NCBI GenBank assembly: GCA_045654545.1
Contig: JAZONO010000076.1
Coordinates: 2,683-66,682, forward strand
DNA from: Acutalibacteraceae bacterium
Lineage (GTDB): Bacteria; Bacillota; Clostridia; Oscillospirales; Acutalibacteraceae
Reading direction: 5' to 3'
DNA: 64,000 bases
Shown here one piece after another: positions 17,376-26,390 of this stretch. Under the pieces are notes generated by a model. The model was not told where the DNA came from. It saw nothing but the letters and a program-made list of their open reading frames with translations, and did no database searches. A program made the position numbers and the translations under genes. How positions within the stretch are numbered: position 1 is the first letter of the stretch; each line of letters begins with the position of its first letter.

Positions 17376-17951
17376 ATGCTGGTTCCGAACACGGATGTTC
17401 TGTCGCTTCCCGACGAAGTTAAGTTGCTTTCGTTGGCACAAGCGGGGAGTGAAGAGGCCTTCACAATGTTGGTCGCACAATATGAGCCAACCCTTCGTGC
17501 ACAGGTTGCCCATTTCCGTTTCCCGTCTGCTGATGCAGAGGATGCGGCGCAAGAAGGATTGCTCGGTTTGTTGTTTGCCGTACGTTCCTTTGATCCGTCG
17601 CGTGAAACGTCGTTTTGCACCTATGCATCCACCTGCGTGCGCAACCGCTTGCTTTCGTTTTGGCGTCGTCGCGCAGGGATCGCATCCGAAGTGTTGGTTG
17701 AGGATGTGACCGCCATGAAAGACGTGGCGGTGGCAACCGACGACCCTGCCGCACAGATGCTGGAACGGGAGAATGCCGCTTTGATGCTCGAACGCATCAA
17801 GTCCGTGTTGTCACGGCAGGAATATGCCGTGCTGTTGCGGTATCTCGACGGTCTGCCGTATGCAACGATTGCTGCTCAGTTGCAAATCACCACCAAAGCG
17901 GTGGATAACGCCTTGCAACGGGCAAGAGCTAAATTGCGAACCCGTTTTTGA
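17376..17951 (+). CDS. sigma-70-family RNA polymerase sigma factor (small, group 3/4-like)
   Basis: Region 2 (DAAQEGLLGLLFAVRSFDP...FCTYASTCVRNRL) and a region 4 HTH (YATIAAQLQITTKAVDNALQRARAKL). Confidence 0.8.
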   Translation: MLVPNTDVLSLPDEVKLLSLAQAGSEEAFTMLVAQYEPTLRAQVAHFRFPSADAEDAAQEGLLGLLFAVRSFDPSRETSFCTYASTCVRNRLLSFWRRRAGIASEVLVEDVTAMKDVAVATDDPAAQMLERENAALMLERIKSVLSRQEYAVLLRYLDGLPYATIAAQLQITTKAVDNALQRARAKLRTRF

Positions 17952-18075
17952 GGATGTGACAGCGTTTGCTGTTCATCATATATTAAAAATGCCGTGTACC
18001 TCAATCGACACATTGGGTAATCCAAGTATCACTTGACTTTACAGGGCAAATAATTAAAAGCGAGGTTGAAACCCC

Positions 18076-18354
18076 ATGTACGAAGACAAGACACTGGTGT
18101 GCAAAGACTGCGGTGCAGAATTTGTTTTCACCGCCGGCGAGCAGGAGTTCTATGCTGAGAAAGGTTTCGTGAACGAGCCCCAGCGTTGCAAGGCTTGCCG
18201 TGATGCACGCAAGAATGCTTCCAAGCCGGAACGCGAAATGTTCACGGCGATCTGTGCCAATTGCGGCAAGGAAGCGCGTGTCCCCTTTAAGCCCCGCGAG
18301 GATCGCCCTGTGTATTGCAGCGAGTGCTTCGCCAACATGAAGGCTGAAGGCTAA
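18076..18354 (+). CDS. CxxC-x17-CxxC zinc-ribbon protein
   Basis: Two modules, CKDCG...CKAC and CANCG...CSEC. 92 aa with its own terminator. Confidence 0.7.
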   Translation: MYEDKTLVCKDCGAEFVFTAGEQEFYAEKGFVNEPQRCKACRDARKNASKPEREMFTAICANCGKEARVPFKPREDRPVYCSECFANMKAEG

Positions 18355-18373
18355 TTGCCCAAACTTTGTGAGA

Positions 18374-18404
18374 AAAAGCCGTCCGTAATGCGGACGGCTT
18401 TTTT
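18374..18404 (+). terminator. intrinsic terminator
   Basis: Stem GCCGTCCG/CGGACGGC with loop TAATG, followed by a T6 run. Confidence 0.85.
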
Positions 18405-18414
18405 GCGTATATAT

Positions 18415-18565
18415 TTATCGCTGACCGTTTTGGATAAAGAGTGGGGCAAGTGCGAAGAACAACCCGCTGACCGCAACGGCGAGCAAAATGGCGAGTGCGA
18501 AAACAAATGTCATCGCACGCCAAGACTTTGCCGTACTTTTTTGTCAGATGGGACACTTCCAACAC
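18415..18565 (-). pseudogene. relic of an ABC-transporter operon (ATPase N-terminus fused out of frame to a terminal TM segment)
   Basis: After SD AAAGGAGTGG, GTG 18565 opens LEVSHLTKKYGKVLACDDI, a typical ABC ATPase N-terminus with no Walker A following. An overlapping frame gives MTFVFALAILLAVAVSGLFFALAPLFIQNGQR-stop. Confidence 0.45.
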
Positions 18566-18714
18566 AGAAAACCACTCCTTTTTCGCTACAAATGATACGC
18601 CATTTTTGAAAAAAAGTCAATAAAACCGGCTTTTGTTTCGTAAAATACTTGCACCGCGCGCAAAGGTGTGTTAAAATAAAACAAACTTGTTTTTTCGGAA
18701 AGAAGGAAACGAAA

Positions 18715-19740
18715 ATGGAAAAGAAAAACATCGATTGGGGTAACCTCGGGTTCGGCTATATGCCCACCGATTACCGCTATGTTGCAAACTTCAAGAACGG
18801 CGCGTGGGATGACGGCGAATTGACCACCGATTCCAACGTGGTGATCAACGAATGCGCGGGTGTGTTGCAGTATGCGCAGACCTGCTTTGAAGGTCTCAAA
18901 GCGTACACCACCGAGGATGGTCGCATCGTGACTTTCCGCCCCGACATGAACGCCGACCGTATGGAGCAGTCGGCACTGCGTCTGCGTATGCCCGTGTTCC
19001 CGAAGGAGCGTTTCTTGGATGCGGTCGATCAGGTCGTGCGTGCCAATGCCGCCTTCGTGCCGCCTTACGGTTCGGGTGCGACGTTGTATCTGCGTCCCTA
19101 CATGTTCGGCTCCGATCCCGTCATCGGTGTGAAGCCTGCGAACGAGTATCAGTTCCGCATTTTGGTGACTCCCGTCGGCCCCTACTTCAAGGGTGGTGTG
19201 AAACCGTTGACGGTGCGCATCAGCGATCTCGACCGTGCGGCACCGCGCGGCACCGGTCACATCAAGGGCGGCCTCAACTATGCGATGAGCCTTTACAACA
19301 TCGTGGATGCACACGAGCAGGGCTATGACGAGAACATCTATCTCGATCCCGGCACGCGCACCTACATCGAGGAAACGGGCGGTGCGAACATCATCTTTGT
19401 CACCAAGGATAACAAGGTCGTCACCCCGAAGTCGGACAGCATTCTGCCGTCCATCACTCGCCGTTCGCTGATGGTGGTGGCGAAGGAATACCTCGGCTTG
19501 GAAGTGGAAGAGCGTCCTGTGGCGTTGTCCGAAGTGGCGGATTTTGCCGAGTGCGGCCTGTGTGGCACGGCGGCGGTCATCTCGCCTGTCGGCAAGATTG
19601 TGGATCACGGTCGCGAGATTGCGTTCCCGGCCGGCATGGAAAAGATGGGACCCATCACCCAGAAGCTGTACAATACCCTCACCGGCATCCAGATGGGTCG
19701 CTTGGAAGCGCCCGAAGGCTGGATTCACGAAATCAAATAA
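18715..19740 (+). CDS. ilvE: branched-chain amino acid aminotransferase
   Basis: DWGNLGFGYMPTDYRY, CFEGLKAYT, GATLYLRPYMFG and GGLNYA are typical of class IV BCAT. ATG 18715 follows GAAGGAAA. Confidence 0.9.
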   Translation: MEKKNIDWGNLGFGYMPTDYRYVANFKNGAWDDGELTTDSNVVINECAGVLQYAQTCFEGLKAYTTEDGRIVTFRPDMNADRMEQSALRLRMPVFPKERFLDAVDQVVRANAAFVPPYGSGATLYLRPYMFGSDPVIGVKPANEYQFRILVTPVGPYFKGGVKPLTVRISDLDRAAPRGTGHIKGGLNYAMSLYNIVDAHEQGYDENIYLDPGTRTYIEETGGANIIFVTKDNKVVTPKSDSILPSITRRSLMVVAKEYLGLEVEERPVALSEVADFAECGLCGTAAVISPVGKIVDHGREIAFPAGMEKMGPITQKLYNTLTGIQMGRLEAPEGWIHEIK

Positions 19741-19749
19741 GAGAACAAG

Positions 19750-19788
19750 AAAAAACGGGATTACCGCCGTGCGGTCATCCCGTTTTTT
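19750..19788. terminator. bidirectional intrinsic terminator
   Basis: AAAAAACGGGAT...ATCCCGTTTTTT with an inner ACCGC/GCGGT stem, between convergent genes. Confidence 0.8.
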
Positions 19789-19796
19789 GTTACATA

Positions 19797-20357
19797 TTAC
19801 ATATGAAATACTTCGGCATCCAACAACTCGATCTCCTCGGGGTGGTGAGTCACCAACACCACGGGACGGTCAATGGCATATTGCCGAATGAGTGCGGCGA
19901 TCTGTTCGCGGTTTTCGGCATCGATGCCGTTGAACGGTTCATCCAACGCCAACCAACGGCTCTCGGTCGCCAGGGCACGCGCAATCGCCACGCGACGGCG
20001 CATACCGCCGCTGAGTTCGCGCGGAAACTGTAAAAACACCTCGTCGCTCAGTCCAACGGCATGCAACGCATCGGCGGCACGTTTGGGGGAAGCGGTCAGT
20101 GCCACGTTTTCCAGCACGGTTTTCCACGGCAACAGACGGTTTTCCTGAAACACGACCGCAGGGCTGTGCAAGTCGCCTTCCACGCGTCCGCTTTGTGGCG
20201 TTTCCAACCCTAACAAAAGGCGCAGTACGGTGGTTTTGCCACAACCGGAAGGACCAAACAAGCAGGTGACACCGCGCTCGGCAATTGTGAGCGAAAGATC
20301 GCGCAGCACCGCTTTGTCGGGATAGGAGAAGTGGATGTGATCCAATATAAATGCCAT
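19797..20357 (-). CDS. ABC transporter ATP-binding protein (compact NBD, SsuB/TauB-like)
   Basis: Walker A GPSGCGKTT, signature LSGGMRRRVAIARAL, Walker B WLALDEPF and H-loop VLVTHH. 186 aa. Confidence 0.85.
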   Translation of the reverse strand: MAFILDHIHFSYPDKAVLRDLSLTIAERGVTCLFGPSGCGKTTVLRLLLGLETPQSGRVEGDLHSPAVVFQENRLLPWKTVLENVALTASPKRAADALHAVGLSDEVFLQFPRELSGGMRRRVAIARALATESRWLALDEPFNGIDAENREQIAALIRQYAIDRPVVLVTHHPEEIELLDAEVFHM

Positions 20358-20360
20358 GGC

Positions 20361-21155
20361 TCAACCCTCCTCCGTTGCGTTGAAACGCTGTCCGAACCGT
20401 TTCGCCAACGCCAGCAGCAGCCGTTCCAGCAAAAGGCTTAACACGATAACGGCAATGGTGTGGGCAAACACTTCGGCGGTTTCCAAATGCAGTTTGGCGG
20501 TTTGTAAGAGTCGCCCGATGGATTCATCGGGACGGCAGATGACCTCGGCCGCAATGCCGGATTTCCACGCCAGACCCAACGCGGTGGTGCAAGCCGTGAG
20601 AAAATACGGCATGACCGAGGGAATCCACACGTGAAGCATCGTGCGCCGCTTGCCCATGCGGAAGATGTGCGCCATTTCCAAGAGGCGGCGATCGGTGCGC
20701 CGCAATCCGCGATCCACGTTCGCCCACACAATGGGGACGACCATCAGGAAGGCGATAAAGGCAGGCAGGACATCCGTCGTGAGCCACACCAGTGCCAAAA
20801 TGATGAAGGATGCCACGGGAGTGGCACGCACCGTTTTGAGCAAGGGAGAAAGCAAGCGGTCTGCCACCGTGAAACGGGTGGTGAGCAATGCCAGTACCGC
20901 CCCTGCTGCCACGCCGCCTGCAAATCCGAGCGCGATGCGCAAAAGGGAGGCGGCGCACGCCTGCCAAAAGGCCGACGTACCGCCGAGATGCCACAGCGTT
21001 TTGGCCACCAACACGGGGGAGGGAACCAGCAACTCCTGATTCACACGCCATGCAATGAGCCACCACACCGCGACCCAAAAGACCAGGGCGATCACGCTCC
21101 AAAGAACGCGTTTTAAAAAGGTATCTTTATTTTGCGACGTAATAGAACGCATCAT
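20361..21155 (-). CDS. ABC transporter permease (SsuC/TauC-like)
   Basis: Six TM segments and an EAA-like loop (LLEMAHIFRMGKRRTMLHVWIPSVMPY). ATG 21155 follows GGAGGAG with a 9-nt spacer. The ORF opens at 21194. Confidence 0.8.
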   Translation of the reverse strand: MMRSITSQNKDTFLKRVLWSVIALVFWVAVWWLIAWRVNQELLVPSPVLVAKTLWHLGGTSAFWQACAASLLRIALGFAGGVAAGAVLALLTTRFTVADRLLSPLLKTVRATPVASFIILALVWLTTDVLPAFIAFLMVVPIVWANVDRGLRRTDRRLLEMAHIFRMGKRRTMLHVWIPSVMPYFLTACTTALGLAWKSGIAAEVICRPDESIGRLLQTAKLHLETAEVFAHTIAVIVLSLLLERLLLALAKRFGQRFNATEEG

Positions 21156-22119
21156 CCGGTATGGCTCCTCCAATCGATTTGGGGTTGGCCGCAAAGAGAA
21201 TTTCGTAATAGCCGTGAATGGTTGTTTTCATATTCGTACCGTCCACATACACCACGTTGCAACGCGGGATCGCTTGTTTGGCGATCGCTTCAGCGGCGAT
21301 GATGCCGTGCTTGGCGCACAGGGCGGCGGTCGCATCCACGCTCGACGTGGCTTCGATGGATTTTTTATAATCCGCAAGGAAGGTGTTGATCGCCTCGGCA
21401 TTTTGCTCCACAAAACTCTTCTTCGCAATTACGCAACCCATCATCATTTTGTTGTTGGGTTCCACTTTGTTCCACTCTTCGTCCATGCTGAGCGCCACAC
21501 GCAACGCGGTATTTTTGGTCATCACCGTGGTAGCGGCCGGTTCGGGAACCATGGCGACACTCGCTTCATTCTTTGCCAACTTTTGAATCAGTTCGGTGTT
21601 TTCCGCGAGGAATTCGATGGTCACGTCTTTGTCGGGATCAATGCCGTTTTTTGTGAGCACGTGACGCAACACATATTCCGGGTTGGCACCTTCACCCGTG
21701 GAATAGATGGTTTTGCCGCGCAGATCGTTCACCGACTGAATGGTGTTGCCGTTTTCCAGCATATACAAGACGCCTGCCGTGTTGATGGCGAGCATTTGCA
21801 CGTCGCCGCCGAGCTTTTTATACAGCGTGGCCGCAAGGTTGGTGGGAACAGAAGCAATCTGCACTTCACCACTGGAGAATTTGCCCACCACTTCATCGGG
21901 CGAGGTGGCGATGGTGAAGGAATAGTCGATCGTTTCGGACGAAGCGGCGGTTTCCATCAAATTCGCAAGCCCCACACCGGTGGGACCTTGGATGCCGGCA
22001 ATCGCCAAAGCCGTCTTACCTTTTTCGGGCGTTTCGCTCTTTTTAGCGCAACCGAACGAGGCTATGGCCAACGCCAACACAAGCGTGATGGCAAGCAAGG
22101 TTTTTAATGTACGTTTCAT
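21127..22119 (-). CDS. ABC transporter substrate-binding lipoprotein (NMT1/SsuA-like)
   Basis: Lipoprotein signal MKRTLKTLLAITLVLALAIASFGC. The body resembles NMT1/THI5-type aliphatic sulfonate/nitrate binding proteins. Confidence 0.75.
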   Translation of the reverse strand: MKRTLKTLLAITLVLALAIASFGCAKKSETPEKGKTALAIAGIQGPTGVGLANLMETAASSETIDYSFTIATSPDEVVGKFSSGEVQIASVPTNLAATLYKKLGGDVQMLAINTAGVLYMLENGNTIQSVNDLRGKTIYSTGEGANPEYVLRHVLTKNGIDPDKDVTIEFLAENTELIQKLAKNEASVAMVPEPAATTVMTKNTALRVALSMDEEWNKVEPNNKMMMGCVIAKKSFVEQNAEAINTFLADYKKSIEATSSVDATAALCAKHGIIAAEAIAKQAIPRCNVVYVDGTNMKTTIHGYYEILFAANPKSIGGAIPDDAFYYVAK

Positions 22120-22132
22120 AACACATGCTCCT

Positions 22133-22756
22133 TTACAAAGGTGATAATATATAGATCGACTTGCCGTCACGGCGGATATGTCCGTCGGCGGTAAGGGTAT
22201 CTAACGCGCGGTACAGACTGGTGCGCCCCATATCCAGCATCTTGGACAATTCACTCATGCTGTGGGGGAGTGTCACCAATCCGTTTTCATCGGTGTGCTG
22301 ACACAGATACGTGAGCACACGGTGTTCGGCATCGCCTGCGGTGAAGGAGGCGATGCGGCGATTCAAAAAGCGGATGCGTTCGGAGAGGAAGCCAATGTAA
22401 TTTTCGGCAATGCGGAAATCCCGTTTCATCCATCGGCGAAGCAACGCTTCATCAAAAAAGCAAATTTCACAAGCGGTGGCGGCGTGGATTTCGGTGACGT
22501 ACTGTTCTTCTTCGCCATACAAAGCGGCGGCACCAAACACCGCACCAATCCCCAAACGGTTGAGCACGGCGGCATCGCGCAGAATGAGCACTTCACCGCA
22601 GACCACCACACCGATCGCCTGCCGAAATCGTGCGGCGGAATAAATGACCGCTCCTTTTTCGAACGATTCGGGCGGCGGTACCTCGCACAGCAGTGCGCCC
22701 TGCTCCGCTTCGCTCAACCCTCGAAACAGAAATACATCCCAAGGAAAGGATTTCAT
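22133..22756 (-). CDS. Crp/Fnr-family transcriptional regulator
   Basis: An N-terminal cNMP-binding-like domain (FLFRGLSEAEQGALL) and a C-terminal HTH (MSELSKMLDMGRTSLYRALDTL). Confidence 0.8.
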   Translation of the reverse strand: MKSFPWDVFLFRGLSEAEQGALLCEVPPPESFEKGAVIYSAARFRQAIGVVVCGEVLILRDAAVLNRLGIGAVFGAAALYGEEEQYVTEIHAATACEICFFDEALLRRWMKRDFRIAENYIGFLSERIRFLNRRIASFTAGDAEHRVLTYLCQHTDENGLVTLPHSMSELSKMLDMGRTSLYRALDTLTADGHIRRDGKSIYILSPL

Positions 22757-22773
22757 CCGCTCACCTCCAAAAA

Positions 22774-22789
22774 TGTTCCAAATGGAACA
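22774..22789. promoter_or_regulatory. candidate operator palindrome TGTTCCA-AA-TGGAACA
   Basis: 7-bp perfect inverted arms separated by 2 nt, 18 nt upstream of the Crp/Fnr-family start codon. The loop is too tight for an RNA hairpin, so a DNA site is more likely. Confidence 0.35.
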
Positions 22790-23005
22790 CTTTTCTTGTA
22801 GTTATCGTACCATAGATTACGAAAAAATGCAATCCTTATTTGCCAAAACGCCAAAAGTCCTCTTATTTGTTAAAAAATGCACGAAAAGGCAAGAGGGATT
22901 TAGGTGGTTTTGACGATTGTAATTATGGCGAAATTTTCCTATAATTTAACTGGTGATTTTTGCAATTCAAGAATTATTTGTACATATAGTATTTAGGAGG
23001 CATAT

Positions 23006-24064
23006 ATGGAACAACGAAAACTGCGTATTGCGTGTTACGACCGTATGCGCGTGCTGGCGATCATCGGCATTGTGATTTCCGGCATTTCGGATATACTGGT
23101 GTTTCAGGATGCAGCAGGCGGACAGGCTCTCACCTTCACTTGGCATCTGTCCAATCTGTTGTCGTCTTTGACCAAACCGGCCGTTCCGCTGTTGCTGATG
23201 GCGGAAGGGGCGCTGTTACTTGACAAATCGGAATCCGCCTCGCTCAAATCGGTGGCACGTCACCGCGTGTTGCCGATGTTTACGATCTTAGCGGTGTGGT
23301 CGTTCATCTATTTGGTGATTCGTTTTCTGTGGCAAGGATTGGTGAACGAAAACGTCGTTCCGCTGGAAGCGCTCTTATCCATCGTGAGCGTTCCCGTTTC
23401 GCCGCATCTGTGGCTTTTGTATTTGCTGATGGCTATTTATCTCTTGTTGCCGTTTTTGCGCATTTTGGTGCAGCACGCACCGCGTACCTTATTGCATTTT
23501 GCGGTGATCTTGTGGCTGTTTTACGGTTCGTTCATTCCGGCTTTGTCTGCCCCCGGTGTGTTTCCCGGTTTGGCGCTGGGCGGTTACTCCTCTGCCAACG
23601 TGCTGGGTGGGTATCTCGGCTTTGTGCTCTTTGGGTGGATGCTTTCCACCACCGAACGTCGGGCAAAACCATTGCATTTGGTGATCGCGTACGGCATTGT
23701 GGGACTGTTGACCACCATCCTTACGGCGTTGTTCACCAAGGGTGCGGGTGCCGCTAACGTGGTGCTGTATCAAGGGTTTATGCCAAATATGGTGCTGATG
23801 GCAGGTCTGGCGTTTATGGCATGCCGCGAATTCAACCGCGAAACGGTGTTCACGCCGTGGATCGGGCCGATGGCGCAGTTCTCGCTCGGTATGTACGTGG
23901 TGCACGCACTGTTCACCCTGTTGCTGGAACCGCTTATCTACATCATTCCCGGGATCATTTCGTTGATCTTTGCACCGGTGATCGTGTGGCTTTTGTCCTT
24001 GATCACGGTGGCGTTTATGCGCCGCTCCCGTTTGGTGTGCCGCGTGTTTTTGGGTGACTATTAA
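23006..24064 (+). CDS. acyltransferase family 3 membrane protein
   Basis: 352 aa with about 10 TM segments. The N-terminus YDRMRVLAIIGIV is typical of acyltransferase_3 proteins. Confidence 0.7.
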   Translation: MEQRKLRIACYDRMRVLAIIGIVISGISDILVFQDAAGGQALTFTWHLSNLLSSLTKPAVPLLLMAEGALLLDKSESASLKSVARHRVLPMFTILAVWSFIYLVIRFLWQGLVNENVVPLEALLSIVSVPVSPHLWLLYLLMAIYLLLPFLRILVQHAPRTLLHFAVILWLFYGSFIPALSAPGVFPGLALGGYSSANVLGGYLGFVLFGWMLSTTERRAKPLHLVIAYGIVGLLTTILTALFTKGAGAANVVLYQGFMPNMVLMAGLAFMACREFNRETVFTPWIGPMAQFSLGMYVVHALFTLLLEPLIYIIPGIISLIFAPVIVWLLSLITVAFMRRSRLVCRVFLGDY

Positions 24065-24086
24065 GTCCAATGTAAGGAGAGACAAT

Positions 24087-24602
24087 ATGAAAAAGGCGTT
24101 TGCGCTTTTGCTGTGTATGTTGCTTGTGTTTGTCGGTGCGCTTTCGGTTGCGGCCGAAACCACGACGGGGGCGGTTTCCACCACGGTATCTGTTGAGGAG
24201 ACGGAAGAAACCTACACCGAGATATATGAAGTGATCAGTGACGAACGGTCACCGTATCCGCAAGGATCGGCACTGGCGATGTTGCTGCTCGGCGGTTTGT
24301 TGGTGGTGCTTGCCATTGCCTTGTTGTGCATTTTCCTGTTTGCGTTTCCGCGGTGGGGATTGATGAAAAACGTTCCTCAAAAGAAAAAGGCAGTTGCGAG
24401 CGAAACGGCGGAAGAATCGCCTGCACCGACTGAGGGAACTCCCGAAGAGCGACCCGAGGAATCCCCGATTACGACGGAATCTGTGGAGGAAACCCGTTCG
24501 GAAAAAGAGGCGCTGATTGCCGAATTGTTGGAGGACGTGTCGCCCGAAGAGCCGACGGAACAGACAGAGAGTGCCGCCGTTAAACTGGAAGATCTGTTTT
24601 AA
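24087..24602 (+). CDS. hypothetical membrane protein (signal peptide, one TM, acidic Glu/Pro-rich tail)
   Basis: MKKAFALLLCMLLVFVGALSVAAE signal after AAGGAGAG. No recognisable family. Confidence 0.5.
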   Translation: MKKAFALLLCMLLVFVGALSVAAETTTGAVSTTVSVEETEETYTEIYEVISDERSPYPQGSALAMLLLGGLLVVLAIALLCIFLFAFPRWGLMKNVPQKKKAVASETAEESPAPTEGTPEERPEESPITTESVEETRSEKEALIAELLEDVSPEEPTEQTESAAVKLEDLF

Positions 24603-24609
24603 GAAATTC

Positions 24610-24645
24610 AACGGGAACGCCCCTTGTGGCAGTTCCCGTTTTTTG
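24610..24645 (+). terminator. intrinsic terminator
   Basis: Stem AACGGGAAC/GTTCCCGTT followed by a T-run. Confidence 0.75.
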
Positions 24646-24660
24646 AAAAGGAAGAAGCCT

Positions 24661-25959
24661 ATGACCTTTCAAGAAGCGATGCAATATATGGATTCGTTGC
24701 GCGTCGGCGGTATTCGCTTGGGGCTGGATCGCTTGCGCCACGCATTGGCGCTGGCAGGCGATCCGCACCGCCGCTTGCGCGTGATCCACGTGGCAGGAAC
24801 AAACGGAAAAGGATCCACTGCCCGTATGATCCAATGCATTCTCGCCGCCGCAGGATGGCGTGTGGGGGTGTTTTCGTCCCCGGCGGTAACGGGAATGTGT
24901 GACACCGTCACGTTGGACGGCGCGGGACTAACGGAAGATCGCTTTGCTGCTTTGATTGCACAGTGGAAAAACATCCAAGAGGACTTGGATGAAGCGGCAC
25001 GGTTAACCGAATTTGAGTTGCTCACGGCGGTCGCATTCACCTGTTTTGCCGAAGAGCGTGTGGACGTGTGTGTGTTGGAGTGCGGTATGGGCGGTCGCTG
25101 TGATGCGACCAACGTGTGTCCGCCACCGCTCACGGCGGTGTTTACCCCCATTGATCTGGATCACACCGCCTTTTTGGGAGGAACGATCGAAGAGATTGCA
25201 AGGGAAAAGAGCGGCATTATCAAGCCGCCGTGTGCGGTGATCACCACACCGTCACAATCCCCCGATGCTTTGGCGGTGCTGTTTGAAGAAGCGGCTGCCC
25301 ACGGGCTGACGGTGCGGCAACCCAATCGCCGCGCCGCCACGGTATTGCCTGCACCGATCGGTGCGGTGCGTTTTGCGTTTGACGGTGTGGAATACACCTT
25401 GCCGCTGGGGGGGGAGTTCCAGGTGGACAATGCGCTCACGGCATTGGAAACGGTGCGCGCTCTGGTCCCTTGCGGTTTGGCGGCAGATGCCAATGCGTGC
25501 CGTCTTGGTTTGGCAAATGCGACCTTGCCGTGCCGTGAAGAAGTGGTGTGCCGCACGCCGCTGATCGTGTTGGACGGTGCACACAATCCCCACGGTATGG
25601 AAGGGGTGGCGGCGTTGCTGCAACGGATGAAAGAGGAAGGGGACGTAACCTTGCTCTTTGGTATGTTGCGTGACAAAGATACCGCCGCGTGTGTGGCCGA
25701 GGTGGCGCCCCACGTGGCAAGGGTGGTGTGTTGCACGCCGCCCAATGCGCGCGCTTTGCCGGCTGCGCAGTTGGCAGAACAGTTTGCCCATGCAGGTGTA
25801 GGGGAGGTGTATGCAGTGAATGACCTCTCGGATGCGTGGGAACACGCACGTCGTCTTGCTGCCGATACACCGCTGTTTGTGGGCGGTTCATTTTACACCG
25901 CCTCGGCTATTCGCCCGTTTGCGTGCGCCTTTGCCGCCGGGCAACAAAATAACGTATAA
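24661..25959 (+). CDS. folC: bifunctional folylpolyglutamate synthase/dihydrofolate synthase
   Basis: HVAGTNGKGST P-loop, ECGMGGRCDATNV and LDGAHNPHG motifs of the Mur-ligase/FolC family. Confidence 0.85.
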   Translation: MTFQEAMQYMDSLRVGGIRLGLDRLRHALALAGDPHRRLRVIHVAGTNGKGSTARMIQCILAAAGWRVGVFSSPAVTGMCDTVTLDGAGLTEDRFAALIAQWKNIQEDLDEAARLTEFELLTAVAFTCFAEERVDVCVLECGMGGRCDATNVCPPPLTAVFTPIDLDHTAFLGGTIEEIAREKSGIIKPPCAVITTPSQSPDALAVLFEEAAAHGLTVRQPNRRAATVLPAPIGAVRFAFDGVEYTLPLGGEFQVDNALTALETVRALVPCGLAADANACRLGLANATLPCREEVVCRTPLIVLDGAHNPHGMEGVAALLQRMKEEGDVTLLFGMLRDKDTAACVAEVAPHVARVVCCTPPNARALPAAQLAEQFAHAGVGEVYAVNDLSDAWEHARRLAADTPLFVGGSFYTASAIRPFACAFAAGQQNNV

Positions 25960-25993
25960 TGCGACAACGCACTTCGTGTGGATTTTCGCGGAC

Positions 25994-26025
25994 AAGCCTC
26001 TATTCTTATGGATAGAGGCTTTTTA
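25994..26025 (+). terminator. intrinsic terminator after folC
   Basis: Stem AGCCTCTAT/ATAGAGGCT followed by TTTTT. Confidence 0.75.
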
Positions 26026-26048
26026 TTATTCGGAAAGGACGGAACACA

Positions 26049-26390
26049 ATGGCAGTAGAACTGGAGTGCCGTGAACGGGAATTGGTGGCACGGTTGTCGG
26101 GTGAGATCGATCACCACACGGCGGCACCGTTACGGGAACGGATCGATGCGGCGGTGGAACAACGTAACCCCAAACGACTGCGCATGGATTTTGCAGGTGT
26201 GAGTTTTATGGACAGTTCGGGGATCGGGCTGATCATGGGACGCTACCGTCAAATGCGCATGATCAACGGTGATTTGCGCGTGTGCGGCGCAAGTGAGCGT
26301 GTGCGGCAAATGATGCGTATGGCAGGATTGGACAAGCTGGATATTTGGGAAAAGGAGGAACAGACACATGCGTGTAAAAGCAGAAAATGA
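26049..26390 (+). CDS. spoIIAA: anti-sigma-F factor antagonist SpoIIAA (STAS domain)
   Basis: LSGEIDHHTA...FMDSSGIGLIMGRY, containing the phosphorylatable Ser motif DSSG. First gene of the spoIIA operon order. Confidence 0.85.
   Translation: MAVELECRERELVARLSGEIDHHTAAPLRERIDAAVEQRNPKRLRMDFAGVSFMDSSGIGLIMGRYRQMRMINGDLRVCGASERVRQMMRMAGLDKLDIWEKEEQTHACKSRK

Noticed and set aside
22855-22866. Extra occurrences of the tRNA-Leu T-arm/att core fragment AAGTCCTCTT(AT) at 22855..22866 and 17239..17249, considered as possible secondary att sites.
   Set aside because: On the opposite strand these read AAGAGGACTT, a Shine-Dalgarno-like purine motif that is expected to be over-represented. The matches are only 10-12 nt and have no adjacent repeat partner or gene disruption.
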